A stretch of DNA of 64,000 bases. Origin: Podospora anserina. Its lineage: Eukaryota. Shown piece after piece: positions 11,510 through 22,838 of this stretch. Location of the stretch: the NCBI GenBank assembly GCA_017654855.1, contig CM030333.1, positions 62,001 through 126,000 on the forward strand. Reading direction: 5' to 3'. Each line of letters opens with the position of its first letter. Position 1 is the stretch's first letter. Under the pieces are notes generated by a model that saw nothing but the letters and a program-made list of their open reading frames with translations, was not told the origin of the DNA and did no database searches. Position numbers and translations under genes: made by a program.

Positions 11510-12808
11510 ATGCTGTTTGTGGGATTCTGGCTGATGGCCACGGCCTTAGCCGTCGTTATACTTCCAGGGGGAGAACCAAAGCCCTACACAAGCCAGTATC
11601 CGATCTTGGCCACAACAGAAGACGCCTACTTTCGTGAATCCGCCCCCAATGAACTTTGGAGCGTCAACAACACCGTCAAGGTGATTCTGAGCTCACACTC
11701 GACCACCAACATATCCAATGATGCCGGGCTGTATCCTTCTGGTGACTCTTTCATTCGCGGCGCAATACAGGCGTGGGGTGAGCATTTGCACCTGGTCGTG
11801 CGCCCCGAAGAGGTCTGGTTCACCATTTTGGTGCAGATGAACTTTTATATGACATCTCATGCCGAGGAAGTTCGAGAGCTATTCGTCAATCACCAAGGAC
11901 AACGGGAGATTCTCGTCGAGGATCTCACATGGTACCGCATTTTAAGCCGTTTCAGAACAGAAATTCAAGCGCGAGTCAAAACCGATTGGTTGATGGACTG
12001 GATCATGCCCAACTTCTCAACAACAACCGAGAGCGACGTCATGACGGCCAATATCCTAATGATGGGTCTGACCAAAGCCTACTTCAAATACATTGGCAAA
12101 CCTGTCTGTGGACTACCATCGGTTACGCTGCTCGGCGAGCTTTCAGACTGGCAGAAGCTCCTAGCAAAGCTCGATCGTCTGCCTGACTTTGGCCCGGAGC
12201 CCGAAGAATACAAGGCCAGACTCCGTCCTATTCTTTCGAGATTTGTCACAAGCTTCAAACAGCCCGATTCACCCGCCACGAAAGAGTTTTGGAACCAAAT
12301 TGTGACAGGAAGAGCGGGCAAAGTGTGCGGATCACCGCCAGTATTTCTCTCTGGATGGATCACGGGCTTCTTTTTCTGGAACGAGAACGGCCAGGCTTTC
12401 GCGCGTCAAAAAGGCGACATGTTGACACTTGATGGCATCTCCTATCCCGTTCTTGACCTCGAATTTGCACCAGTGGGATACGCAAGAGCCCCATTTGTGA
12501 TGCGGAACTACCAAGGTCAAGGGGACTTCCCTGCATACGTCGCGGCTGGCAATCTAGGGAAGCAGGTCACAACCGGTCCCCCGGCCGGGTACAAGGAGGC
12601 GTTGCTGAGAACTGGTGGCAATGTTAGCCTTGCCGACGACAAGGCTAGGCATGCGACTCTGAGGCCCTTGAGTGCATGGATGCTGTACGGCCCCCTCAGT
12701 CATGAGCCCCGATCAGGTTGGTTCAAGGAGGAAGAGTTGATGGATATTCAGATGAGTGTCAAAAAGTATATGACTGGAGACACGTGTGGTTTGCTGGCCG
12801 CTCCTTGA
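11510..12808 (+). CDS. DUF4419-domain protein, probably secreted
   Basis: Single ORF; signal-like MLFVGFWLMATALA; motifs AWGEHLHLVVRPEEVWFTILVQMNFY, WIMPNFSTTT, CGLPSVTLLG, LSGWITGF. Confidence 0.88.
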   Translation: MLFVGFWLMATALAVVILPGGEPKPYTSQYPILATTEDAYFRESAPNELWSVNNTVKVILSSHSTTNISNDAGLYPSGDSFIRGAIQAWGEHLHLVVRPEEVWFTILVQMNFYMTSHAEEVRELFVNHQGQREILVEDLTWYRILSRFRTEIQARVKTDWLMDWIMPNFSTTTESDVMTANILMMGLTKAYFKYIGKPVCGLPSVTLLGELSDWQKLLAKLDRLPDFGPEPEEYKARLRPILSRFVTSFKQPDSPATKEFWNQIVTGRAGKVCGSPPVFLSGWITGFFFWNENGQAFARQKGDMLTLDGISYPVLDLEFAPVGYARAPFVMRNYQGQGDFPAYVAAGNLGKQVTTGPPAGYKEALLRTGGNVSLADDKARHATLRPLSAWMLYGPLSHEPRSGWFKEEELMDIQMSVKKYMTGDTCGLLAAP

Positions 12809-13811
12809 TGTCAGTTATTGTTAGTTTTCACAGCCTCAAAACAGTTTGGCTCTTCATCTTGCACTGGCTTGAAACTGTCTCATCCCATGTCTGCCTTGAA
12901 CTCATGGTGCTGAGGACCCGGTCATACATTATATTGGCCATCCTGAAACATGAACGTATATTTGGGGCTTCTGCTGGGTCAGCTTCTAATTCCGAGGCCT
13001 CTTGATATCTTTACTCGCTACCACATTCTGGGACTCCTCCTTACGGCAAAGTTCAAAGAAAAACTGTGCCGCAGTTCTAGCCAAGTCATTCGACAACCTG
13101 CGACCATCACATTCAGTGCACATCTAGGCGCTCATGGCCCCTGCTTTTTCAGAGGCTTGCAGTGTCCCAAACTATTGAAATCCTTTGATCCTTCGCCATT
13201 AGCCGTGCAAAAAAGGTATAGCTACTTCGCCACTCTACACATGACCTCCTTCAATTAGGTAGATCATCATCCCAGACTCGAGATGATGACCGGAAGTCTC
13301 GGGAACCGTATTGCATATGCATTGCTCTTGGCATCAGCAAGGCGTGCAAGGTGTAGGTCTTGAATTCCCATCATTTGACCTTTGCCAAGTTGAGGACTGA
13401 GTTGTCAGCCCTTGTGGTCATATCTACCAGAAAAATTCCGTGGAAAAGCAATCTTGTCATTGACCGAGAAGGAGCGGTGAAAGATAACAGAGGACACCAA
13501 AGTGCGTAGTTGCCATAAGGTATGAGGTATCAGGAGCTACGTCTCTGGCCTGAGGTTTTCCAAGTTGCTTGTGCGAGACCACACAGACGACCCCGTAATT
13601 TGAATACGATGATTATAAAAGTAAGCACTTGGCAGTACTGGAAAGGATTCAGGCACAACAAGACCCATGACTGTTGATGGTGTCGGTGAGCATAAACCTG
13701 GCAGATAGGTAGGCAAGGGAGATAGGTAGGCAACTATATGTATCTGTAAGAGACGAGAACTAGAATTACCATGCAGCTTCTGAAAAGTGCACAGGTACAC
13801 CTTACTCCAAC

Positions 13812-15370
13812 ATGCTTCAATTCAGAATCCAACTCGCCCTTTGCTGGCTTCTAGGGGCTGTTTCTCTCTCAACTACTCGCGCGTTATCCACCCCTTCCAG
13901 CCGAACAGTGGCACCAGGAAATTCGATTATTCCCGGATCGTCGATTGCCGTCAAGATTGATAGAGCAGCCGCGGTCTCCTCGCGCTCTCTGGGCGACATC
14001 AAGTCCGTTGAACAACTGATTCGAAACGCTCAAAAAGACTCTCGGCTGAGCAAAAGAGAGGTAGAATTCACCGTTCATCCTCTCATCACCACCGTGTCAC
14101 CAAAGAGAATCACTCAGTTGGTCGAGAGAGCGACTGTCCTTAACCCAGACTACGTCCCAACAGATTTCAGCACATGGTATCAAGTTCTTTTTCCGGAACC
14201 CGAGAGCGAGGACAACCAAACTCTCCATGACCTTCTGGCTACGCTCTCTGGCTACCAAGAGGTAGCAAGCTGCCATCCACTCGGTGGCGGCATCCTCCCC
14301 GCCGTGGACCCCAGCAATGACCCCCTATTTCCAAGCCAGGGCTATATGACGCCAGCAGGGGAGGGTATCAACGCGCTATACGCATGGGGATTCCCCGGTG
14401 GCGATGGAGCCAACACTACCATCATCGACATTGAGAGGGGTTGGAAGCTGGATCATGAGGATTTGGTACGCTACATCTATCCATCTCCCTTGGTAGCTTG
14501 TCACGCTCTTACTAACAGACACGATGTTGACAGGTGGATGCTAATATCACACTTCTAGCCGGGTTGAATGTCAAAGACAGATATCAATCCAATTACCGGC
14601 ACGGAACAGCCGTTCTCGGTGCAATGCTCATGGTGGACAACAACATTGGCGGCGTGGGCATCATCCCTGGAGCTCAGGGGCATGTTGTCGGGGTGACGCG
14701 TGTTGTCGGCGGCGGCCCTTTTGAAAATTATCCCGAGGCCATCCTGGATGCCGTCGATGCTCTTGGCTTTGGAGATGCGATATTGCTTGAAATCCAGGTT
14801 CCCGATGCCAACGGCAACATGTTTCCCGTCGAAATCATCGATGCCGTGTTCGACGCCATCTCCCTTGCAACCTCCTTGGGAATTACGGTCATTGAGCCAG
14901 CTGGCAACGGTCAGCAAGACCTGGATGCTCCAATCCTTTGCATTGGCAGCGCAACCCCAGCGTCTATTCTCAACCCGAGTAGTCCCGAGTTCCGCGATTC
15001 GGGCGCCATCATGGTTGGCGCAGCGACGTCGACGATACCTCGGACCAGAGTACTCGAGTCCAATTACGGGGCACGCATCGATGTGCATGCCTGGGGCGAA
15101 AACATTCTCACCGCCTCAGTTGCGGGTTCGGCCGACGATATCGACACCTACTTGCCCTTTGACGGCACATCGGGAGCCGCTCCCATCATTGCCGGCGCAG
15201 CCCTCAGCGTTCAGGGGATGATCAGTGCCAACCGCGGGACAAAGTTGGATGCACTTGCACTCCGAGACCTGATCAAGATTGACGGAACACCCACCTCTAA
15301 TCCATCCGTCGACAAGCTAGGAGTGCAGCCTGACCTTCGTGCGCTCATTGACGGAGGCCATCTTTTGTAG
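13812..15370 (+). CDS. Secreted subtilisin-like serine protease (S8, bacterial-type subgroup)
   Basis: Signal and pro-region; intron 14466-14533; triad IIDIERG / HGTAVLG / FDGTSGAAP; oxyanion PAGNG. Confidence 0.92.
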
Positions 15371-15707
15371 TCAGAAATTCTTTCTCTACCTTATTAGTCT
15401 ATGGAGTTATAGTAGCTACCTACTTTGCTTAGTTTCTCATCATGAGAGTCTGTAAAATGCACTTACTCCGTCTGACTACCTTATGTACAGTTTGAACCTG
15501 CGCTGACATCAGCCCAACGCCCCGAAACATGCACATCGCTGACCGAAAACAGTTACACCAAGCAGTATCGTGTGTCAGCACGTAAACCTAGGTAGGACAC
15601 GTTGGAGGCCAACAGGCTTAAAAGGCGACTTTGCCTGCTCTCCCAGCCAACTGTCCCTCTTCAAGTTCATCCAACGTAAAGTACCTAGCCCAGTCTACCT
15701 CTTGAAC

Positions 15708-16223
15708 ATGAAACCCCAAGCTATCCTTTCGGCGCTGGCGGGAAGTTATGAGCTGCTCAATATCACCAGAAACAGAGCCAACGACAGCGTTGAGATACCA
15801 ACCGCCCAAAGCCCATATGCCTTCACTGGTCTGCTCATATACACAAGCAGCGGCTACATGTCCGCGCACATGACATCGTTCAATGTCTCCAACCTTCCCG
15901 ACGACGGAGCAAACATGGTCTGGCCCCCTCGAAACACCACAGATCTTGACGACGCGTGGGCCGTTGTCGCCAAAACTACGCTTGCATATGCTGGCGCCTT
16001 GTCGATTGATCCAGAGGTTCCGTCCACCAAAGAGTCCGGAGCTGTCCTGCATGGCCCGCTTCATGTCACAAACACGCCCGCATGGGTCGGTGGGACTCAA
16101 AGACGGAACTACAGGGTGGTGAAGCACAAAGGCCAAAACGGGGGCACATTCTTGAGACTCAGCGCACCTGTGAACGCAGACGCTACGGTTGAGGGTACGC
16201 TTTGGTGGAGAAAACTGGACTGA
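15708..16223 (+). CDS. Lipocalin-like domain protein (Lipocalin_5 type)
   Basis: LAGSYELLN, GLLIYTSSGYMSAHM, LAYAG, PAWVGGTQRRNY, LWWRKL; ATG at 15708. Confidence 0.75.
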   Translation: MKPQAILSALAGSYELLNITRNRANDSVEIPTAQSPYAFTGLLIYTSSGYMSAHMTSFNVSNLPDDGANMVWPPRNTTDLDDAWAVVAKTTLAYAGALSIDPEVPSTKESGAVLHGPLHVTNTPAWVGGTQRRNYRVVKHKGQNGGTFLRLSAPVNADATVEGTLWWRKLD

Positions 16224-16361
16224 TGGTGTTGGGGCTTACCGTGACTGCTTATTCGCCACTGAAACAGTATTCCAGGACAAGATGTACCTAGCTTTTGATC
16301 ATTTTTCAAAGGAAATAATTGATGCTGTTGCTTGAGTGGCAGACAAACTAACGCAACCAAT

Positions 16362-17334
16362 TCAAGTATCTGCCCTCCGCCAGCTGCTTTTCTGCATGTA
16401 ATCTCTTCCACCGCCGTGTACCTCTCTCGCCTTGTGGCCAATCTGGCTACCTCCTCCAGATGACTGGCTTTGGCCGTGCTGGTTAGGGCCTCTCCCATCT
16501 CGAGCTATGGAGAGACGAACGACCACTCCATTCATTGCCGTGCCGCTCAGCTCCTTGACAGCACGGTCAACTTCCTCGCGGGAGCCAAGGTCAACATAAC
16601 AGTGATGGTGGTTCCCAGGCGTAGATCGGAGCGAGTATGGAACCACGCGCTTGCCGATGGCGACGCTAAAACGTGCGGTGTCAATCCATCTGGACATGTT
16701 TGAAGATGACATGCTTGGGAGCATGGACTTACACGTCGAAGCCCGAAAAAAAGCTGCGAATCTCAGCGTCGTTGTGTTCCTGGTCAATCATTTTGTCGAG
16801 GCCATCGATGCGGATGCGGGTGTTATCCTTGTTAGAGTAACTTTACAGACGATTCAGGGCAGCATACGGCCCTTGCTAGTCTTCTATTTGCTCTCTTAGG
16901 GAATTCCAACCCCGAAATCTCGCCCCATCCTTCTGTTCTGAGGCGCCGTCGGCACCTTTCCAATCACCCCATCTCTGGAACACAGGTCAAAATTCAGCGG
17001 AGCTCTGGTCTCCACGCGATGATCTCCCAGGCCCCTTGGGTACACAGGGGCCCAGCTTGACGACCCTCCCGAGGATTGACTGGCCCGCAAGCGCCTCCAA
17101 AGCGTAGGCAGCCTCTTGGTGTGATGGAAAGTCGACGAAACAGTACCCTGGGTTTCGACCACTGATAGGATCGATCGAAATATGGATTTTCTGAAAGCTG
17201 TTGAGGTTGACCCTGACGAGCAATTCCTCCACATCTGTCGGTTTGGCAAAATAGTCCAAACTACCAACATAAATCCGATTGAAGTCAGTCGGGACGGCAG
17301 TGTTCAGCTCTTGATCATCGTGACGCCTCGCCAT
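16362..17334 (-). pseudogene. Two-RRM RNA-binding protein gene with three in-frame premature stops in the linker (pseudogene, recoded, or cryptically spliced)
   Basis: RRM1 RIYVGSL...NPGYCFVDF. TGA 16989-16987, TAG 16878-16876, TAA 16845-16843, all in frame. RRM2 spans intron 16732-16666 (GLDKMIDQEHND...VVAIGKRV...HCYVDL). Ends SSWRRADT*. No frameshifts. Confidence 0.7.
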
Positions 17335-17773
17335 CTTCGAGTTGGTGGCTATCGTATAGCTGATAAGAGTATTTGTCGAGTACTGTCTATGCGCAAGAGC
17401 AAGAAGATTTTGCTGCTGAAGGTGGCGCAAAAGCCCTCCCACAATTTTAGGCTAAACCGCACGTCAGAGTGGGTCAACAATGCATTGGCGGGCAAGCTTG
17501 AATTTGTACCTTAGGGAAGAACGTCCAAGAGAGACAGACAGTCAAAGTGAACCAATGCGAGACAAGGCCTTGATGTTTGTTCTGAGTATGAAGTTCAATC
17601 ACATGTCACAGCAGATCACTGTCACACTGACGGCGCCGAACACAGCTTGTCATCACATGGAAAGCTCTGCGCCTTCTCTGTTGTTGGGCATACTGTTGTG
17701 TGTCCACGCTGCTGCCAGCTTTTTGTCAAGGTAGAGGCTGTATTCGAATCCTATAGTTACTCATACTAGCTGC

Positions 17774-18958
17774 CTAGACCGTCAAACTGGTCTCCTCATC
17801 AATAACGATGCCAAACTGTTTCACCGCAGTTGAATAACTCTCACGAACCGCTTCGCTGGCATAGATCCTCATCTCCTTTTCGTAACGCTCTGTGACCCCT
17901 GCCTTGTATCCGCCATCTTCACGCAAGAGACGACCAAGTAGTGCAGAGTCTCTTACAGCAGTGTTGGCGCCGATGCCACCAGCTGGAGTCATGGAATGAA
18001 CAGAGTCACCAATGACGGTGACGCGTGGTTGGTTTGGCCAGTCAGGAACACCTGAGGGTGTTGAACAGGTGATCTTCCAAAATGCGGCCTCAGACTCGTT
18101 CATGTCTTCGAATAGCGGTCTAAAGCGAGGGTGCCACTTCTGTGTCAGAGATCTGGCGATGTCTGCTGCCGTCCTGCCCACGATGGTGTAGTCATCATTT
18201 GGAGCCCGAATTACGCCGGGGTGACCACCCATGGTCCAGCCGAAAGAGACGCTTGGATCATCCATCTCTTCAGGGCGGACGTTCGTAATGACGAAAACAG
18301 ACCCTTCTGGGCGTGTATCGTCCAGCAACCGAAAGACTCCCTCGCCGAGGCCTTTGAAGGATGCGCTCGGCGCCTGCCCGTGAGTCCCCCTCGCGCCCGT
18401 GTCATAGACCTTCAGCTTTCCTTCTGAAAGTTGCTTGGCAACCTTGGAGTAAATCCCTTCTCCGCCAACCAACAAGGGGCCTTCGACAGACCTAGTCCCA
18501 TCCGCAAAGATGGCTTGTACCCCGTCTTCAGTGACTTCATAGCCCGTCACATGCTTGCCCCACTCAATGTTGTCCTCACAACCTTGGGCAAATATTCTTC
18601 GCATGTCCCCCCTGGAAATCCCAATCGTTTTGCCTCCTCCCTGTCGCGATACTAGCGCCGGTGGGACCAAGTGATGCTCGATCTGCTCTCCGGTCACGGC
18701 GTTAAACGATGCAAATCCGAGTCCGCCCGTCTTGCCACAGGTGCCCCAGAATCGCTGCCAAGTCTCGGGATCCAAGACGGCCTGGATGGCATCCAAGCCT
18801 TCAGAAGATAAGCGAAGCCGGTAACCCTGAGCACGAAAAACAAATGAAGCATCTCGTTCAAAGACCCTGTAGGGAATACCGGAGAGCCTCAGCGACTGTG
18901 CTAATAAGAGGGAAGCGATGCCCGCACCAGCGATAAGGATGGGTTTTCTGTCGGTCAT
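17774..18958 (-). CDS. FAD-dependent monooxygenase
   Basis: ILIAGAGIAS, FRAQGYRL, VGGEGIYS, VTVIGDSVHSMTPAGGIGANTAVRD. Confidence 0.92.
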   Translation of the reverse strand: MTDRKPILIAGAGIASLLLAQSLRLSGIPYRVFERDASFVFRAQGYRLRLSSEGLDAIQAVLDPETWQRFWGTCGKTGGLGFASFNAVTGEQIEHHLVPPALVSRQGGGKTIGISRGDMRRIFAQGCEDNIEWGKHVTGYEVTEDGVQAIFADGTRSVEGPLLVGGEGIYSKVAKQLSEGKLKVYDTGARGTHGQAPSASFKGLGEGVFRLLDDTRPEGSVFVITNVRPEEMDDPSVSFGWTMGGHPGVIRAPNDDYTIVGRTAADIARSLTQKWHPRFRPLFEDMNESEAAFWKITCSTPSGVPDWPNQPRVTVIGDSVHSMTPAGGIGANTAVRDSALLGRLLREDGGYKAGVTERYEKEMRIYASEAVRESYSTAVKQFGIVIDEETSLTV

Positions 18959-19669
18959 TGTTGGTGGTGCACCTTTGTTTCAAGGATGCAGGTACCTATG
19001 GAAGAGAGCCGATATTCGAGAGTCTGGAAGCAGGCATGCTCTTGTAGATCAAATCACGCCCTGAGCATTTGTTGGAGTCGTCTACATGTCGGTGAGCCCC
19101 TCTACTTGCTGCATGCCATTATTAATGTGTTAATAAATTCAGGCATGGGCTGACAAATCGCGGCAATCGCGTAATGACCATTGCTGGTACACGATAAGCC
19201 TGAGATCGGACGAATGTAACTTCTTGTGGCTTTTGCACTTGACTTCTTCGACACATTATGAAAATAAAGGAATATAGAATAAGATTGAATAGCAATAACA
19301 CCAAAACATACTTCAATCCTAGCCTGGCAGAATACTCTTTTCCACCGAATTGCAGTGGCTGGTCCGTGTTCATAACCCTCATGGATTTATCTTCCAAGTC
19401 AAGGTATCAGATTAAAAGCCACCAAAGAGAAAAGAGACTGGACCGGGTATCCACTTACACCCGACGTCCTGGCGCTTTCCCTCTTTCAACCACACGGCAG
19501 AACTTTTGACCGACGGCATTTGCAAGGGCTTTGTGGTGGGATTAGTTCGGGGCTCACAAGAAGCTTCGTCATCTTTATCAACAGAACTCGCCCGGCCACA
19601 TTCCATCGTTTTGTCAATTCGCTCACACCATACTCGCAACCACCAAACTGCACGTAACGATAACTCACC

Positions 19670-20527
19670 ATGTCTACTAGAGCCCTTGTTGTCGGCGGTA
19701 CGAACGGTATCGGATATGCCATGGCATGCCGAATCGCCATCGACAACCCGTCATCCACCGTGATCATCAGCGGTCGCAATAAGCCAGCCATGATTCCTCA
19801 CCCCAACATCGAGTTCCTTGCTGTTGACGCCTCATCCATGCTTCAAATCAAGCAGTACACAGACAAATTCATAACTTCCCACAGGGCCCAGAAGCTCGAT
19901 TTTCTCATCATGACGCAGGGTATTTTCACCATGGCCGGCCGTACAGAAACCGCCGAGGGCATCGACAACAAGATGGCTCTCCACTACTATGGCAAACAGC
20001 TTCTCATTAGAGAACTTCTCCCAGTGCTGAAAGATAATGCCATGGTGATAATTGTTCTGGATGGCAAAAACGGTGCCCCAGCGAAGCTGGACTGGAACGA
20101 TCTGGATTTGAAAAGGACTTACAGCTTGCCCAGTGCTGCCTACCACTGCATCTCGATGAATGATGCCATGATCCAGTTCCACGCCGCACAGCAACAGCAG
20201 AACGGCAACTCAAAAAGGCACTTTGTTCATGCCTACCCCGGCGTGGTGGCGTCCAACATCATGGCGGGCCTGCCTTGGTATCTGCGCGGGCCATCTCAGA
20301 TCCTGATGAAGATGGCAGCGGTGTCAACAGACACATGTGCTGAGTATTTGTTGCAAGGAGTATCTGAGGTCACCCAGAAGGCCGAGAAGGAGGGAAGGTT
20401 TTGGAGCAACATTGATCAGAAAGGGCGAGCGGTACCAGACAAGGCAATCTGGACTGAGGAGCAGCTGAAGTCAGTATCTGACCACACCTGGACATTGATT
20501 GACAGTGCACTCAAGTGTACCGCCTGA
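19670..20527 (+). CDS. Short-chain dehydrogenase/reductase-like NAD(P)-binding protein
   Basis: ALVVGGTNGIG, IISGRN, EGIDNKMALHYY, HAYPGVV; divergent from the monooxygenase. Confidence 0.88.
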   Translation: MSTRALVVGGTNGIGYAMACRIAIDNPSSTVIISGRNKPAMIPHPNIEFLAVDASSMLQIKQYTDKFITSHRAQKLDFLIMTQGIFTMAGRTETAEGIDNKMALHYYGKQLLIRELLPVLKDNAMVIIVLDGKNGAPAKLDWNDLDLKRTYSLPSAAYHCISMNDAMIQFHAAQQQQNGNSKRHFVHAYPGVVASNIMAGLPWYLRGPSQILMKMAAVSTDTCAEYLLQGVSEVTQKAEKEGRFWSNIDQKGRAVPDKAIWTEEQLKSVSDHTWTLIDSALKCTA

Positions 20528-20625
20528 GCTATTCTCGCGTGGCAGATTTGGGAAGATTTCATCAGTGCCTATAGACCTTTCCTTGTTATCATTATCTACC
20601 TAGTCAAGATTTCTGGAGGTCTGAT

Positions 20626-21557
20626 TCATCGCTGAATAAGAATGGCCGCTTCAGTTCCATCGTCCGGCTTCTTTGCTTCCAGTGTGTGTTTGAGCCAGCA
20701 CTGGGGACCATCGTTGAAGACAACACCCACACAGCCTGTTTTGTCGGCGCAAACCTTGATGCAGTCTGTCAAGCTCGCTACTATCTTGTCTTTTACCAAT
20801 CCAAACCCGGGATTGGTGTCCCCGAAAGCATAATTGACGTCGCAAAGTCGTTGGAACCTGAGCTCGCCACGCGAGGGCGAAGAGACATCAAGGTTAAGCC
20901 GGTCCACACCAGGGCACTCCATCGTGACAGGACCGCTCGGGGAGTCCACTGTTCTAGCCGGTACTGAAAGGGTAGGCGTGGTCGTGGTTGTTGCTAATGT
21001 CGGTGTTGGTGTTGGTGTCAAGTCCGGCCCAGTTGTAGTCTCTGGAGCAATAGCTGGTGACGTCGGCGATGATAGTGCCGTGTTGGAACTGCCTGTGACC
21101 GCCGCATTGGTACTCACTGCGTCTTCATGCGATACGCTAAAGAGGGTGTATAGATCAGCCGCTGGAAAAGGACATTGTAGTGTCTCTCATGGGTAAAGCG
21201 TCGTCCATTGACTCACCTGGTGTTGCCCGCCGTTTTGATGGCTCCGATTGCCATGGCTCCTAGAAGACCAGCAAGAATGGCGATTATCACGAGGGCTACG
21301 AGAGCCACCCATGTAACCGGCTTTTTCCAAAAAGGCCGACCAGGCTTTTCAGGCATTCCCGATTCATATCCTGCCAGCTCGTGTGGATATGCCGGTGGCA
21401 TCTGACTCGGTACTATAGACGGCCGGTGATAGACCGGCTCATGTTTCGCGAGGACCTCGGGGAACAGTGTATGTGGGTTGTCGTTTGGAATAAGGCCATC
21501 GTTGTACGGCATGGTCGGCGGAATCGCTTGACGTGGCGGTGTGTAGTTGCTGGCCAT
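20626..21557 (-). CDS. Single-pass membrane protein with Ser/Thr stalk and C-terminal PAN/apple-like domain
   Basis: Exons 21557-21217 and 21136-20626; TM VTWVALVALVIIAILAGLLGAMAIG; DCIKVCADKTGCVGVVF...QCWLK. Confidence 0.82.
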
Positions 21558-22325
21558 CTTCCCCTATGGCTCCGGTCTCAAGCAAACAACTCTGGAGTTC
21601 GCCGCTGGAAACCAGACCACGGGAGGAGAATGGTTTTAGAGAAAGGTCTCTTTTGATTGCGATTGCTGTGCCTCCTCCCGGCGTTGATGCGAAGATCATA
21701 CTAAGGCGACATGGTTACATTTTGTGCGTTGTTGGTTCTCTTTCAGCGAATGGCGAACCGCACGTCTCCCAACAGCGGGCCATGACTGAAGATCGGTTTC
21801 GCCGTCACGTTGTCTGAATAAAGCAGGTCAGAACACTGGACTTGTTGGACATTAGCTGACAACCGGCTGCAACCGTTGGAGAGTCGTGTATCTAGGGTAT
21901 CTACCTTAGTCAGCAAGGCATAACTAAAGGAAAGTGGTTGAGAATATACCAGGTACAAGTATCATTCTCGGACAAAAGATGGGGGACGACATACCTCCCA
22001 GCTATCAGAAGCACCTGTTTCTTATTACCGCCCAGTTACCCACCTATCTTTGCCGCGATGCCGCGTCCAGGACTGTAAGAACGTCCTAGATTAACTGAAG
22101 CCGCCAGGAATAAAGCAACGGAATATAGCGGGAACATAATCAAGCGTTACAGGGCACTATTGAATTGAATGTCAATACCAGGGTAGCATCTGTTTATTGT
22201 AATACAGAGTCTCGACTTCCACCGTTCCTTTATCCGGTCTGAATCATCCCTTTCCCTTCACAGTCACCCCTTAGATGTTCAGTGTCGTTAATTCCACCCA
22301 AGTTGCCGCCAGTCAACTATCTCAC

Positions 22326-22838
22326 TTAGACACAGATACCGCCGCAATCGGCACCGCCGTTGCGAGGATCGCAGTCATCGCGCGGATCATCGATACAGAC
22401 TCTGTCACCCTTGCACCGGAAGCCAGCAAAGCCTCCGCAAAACTCGCCAGGGTCAACGCAGATTCCCGGTTTGTCACAAGCCATACCGCATCCCTCCACG
22501 TAAGGATTGTCCACGCAAATATGACCTTTGGGGCAGGTGGCAGGGTTCACGCGGAAGCCACCGCAAGACTGAAATGTCGGTGTTGATTTCGGTGTTGTTG
22601 TTGTTGTTGTTGTTGTAGTGCGCGAAGCCCGTGAGGTGACAAGCGTTGTCCGTATGGGAAGGGGAACATGCAGAGGAAGTCGAACACAGATTCCCTCGCC
22701 GGTGGGCGATCGCTCAAGTCTCTGACAGATCCATCCTGTCGGGCATCGTTCCAATTCAAGGCCGCAGGGGCGGACAAGACTCTCAGAAGAGACGACCAGG
22801 CTAAGAGCAAAGGTAATGATGGCAGTAGAGAGATGCAT
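22326..22838 (-). CDS. Small secreted cysteine-rich protein with repeated CGG modules
   Basis: Signal MHLSTAIITFALSLVVS; CGGFRVNPATCPKGHICVDNP and FCGGFAGFRC...CIDDPRDDCDPRNGGADCGGICV; poly-Thr linker. Confidence 0.85.
   Translation of the reverse strand: MHLSTAIITFALSLVVSSESLVRPCGLELERCPTGWICQRLERSPTGEGICVRLPLHVPLPIRTTLVTSRASRTTTTTTTTTPKSTPTFQSCGGFRVNPATCPKGHICVDNPYVEGCGMACDKPGICVDPGEFCGGFAGFRCKGDRVCIDDPRDDCDPRNGGADCGGICV
22593..22616. repeat. (GTT/ACA)n coding microsatellite (poly-Thr)
   Basis: About 7-8 trinucleotide units inside the Cys-rich gene. Confidence 0.85.

Noticed and set aside
17774-20527. Secondary-metabolite cluster around the divergent monooxygenase/SDR pair
   Set aside because: No PKS, NRPS, terpene synthase or adjacent pathway regulator in the window.
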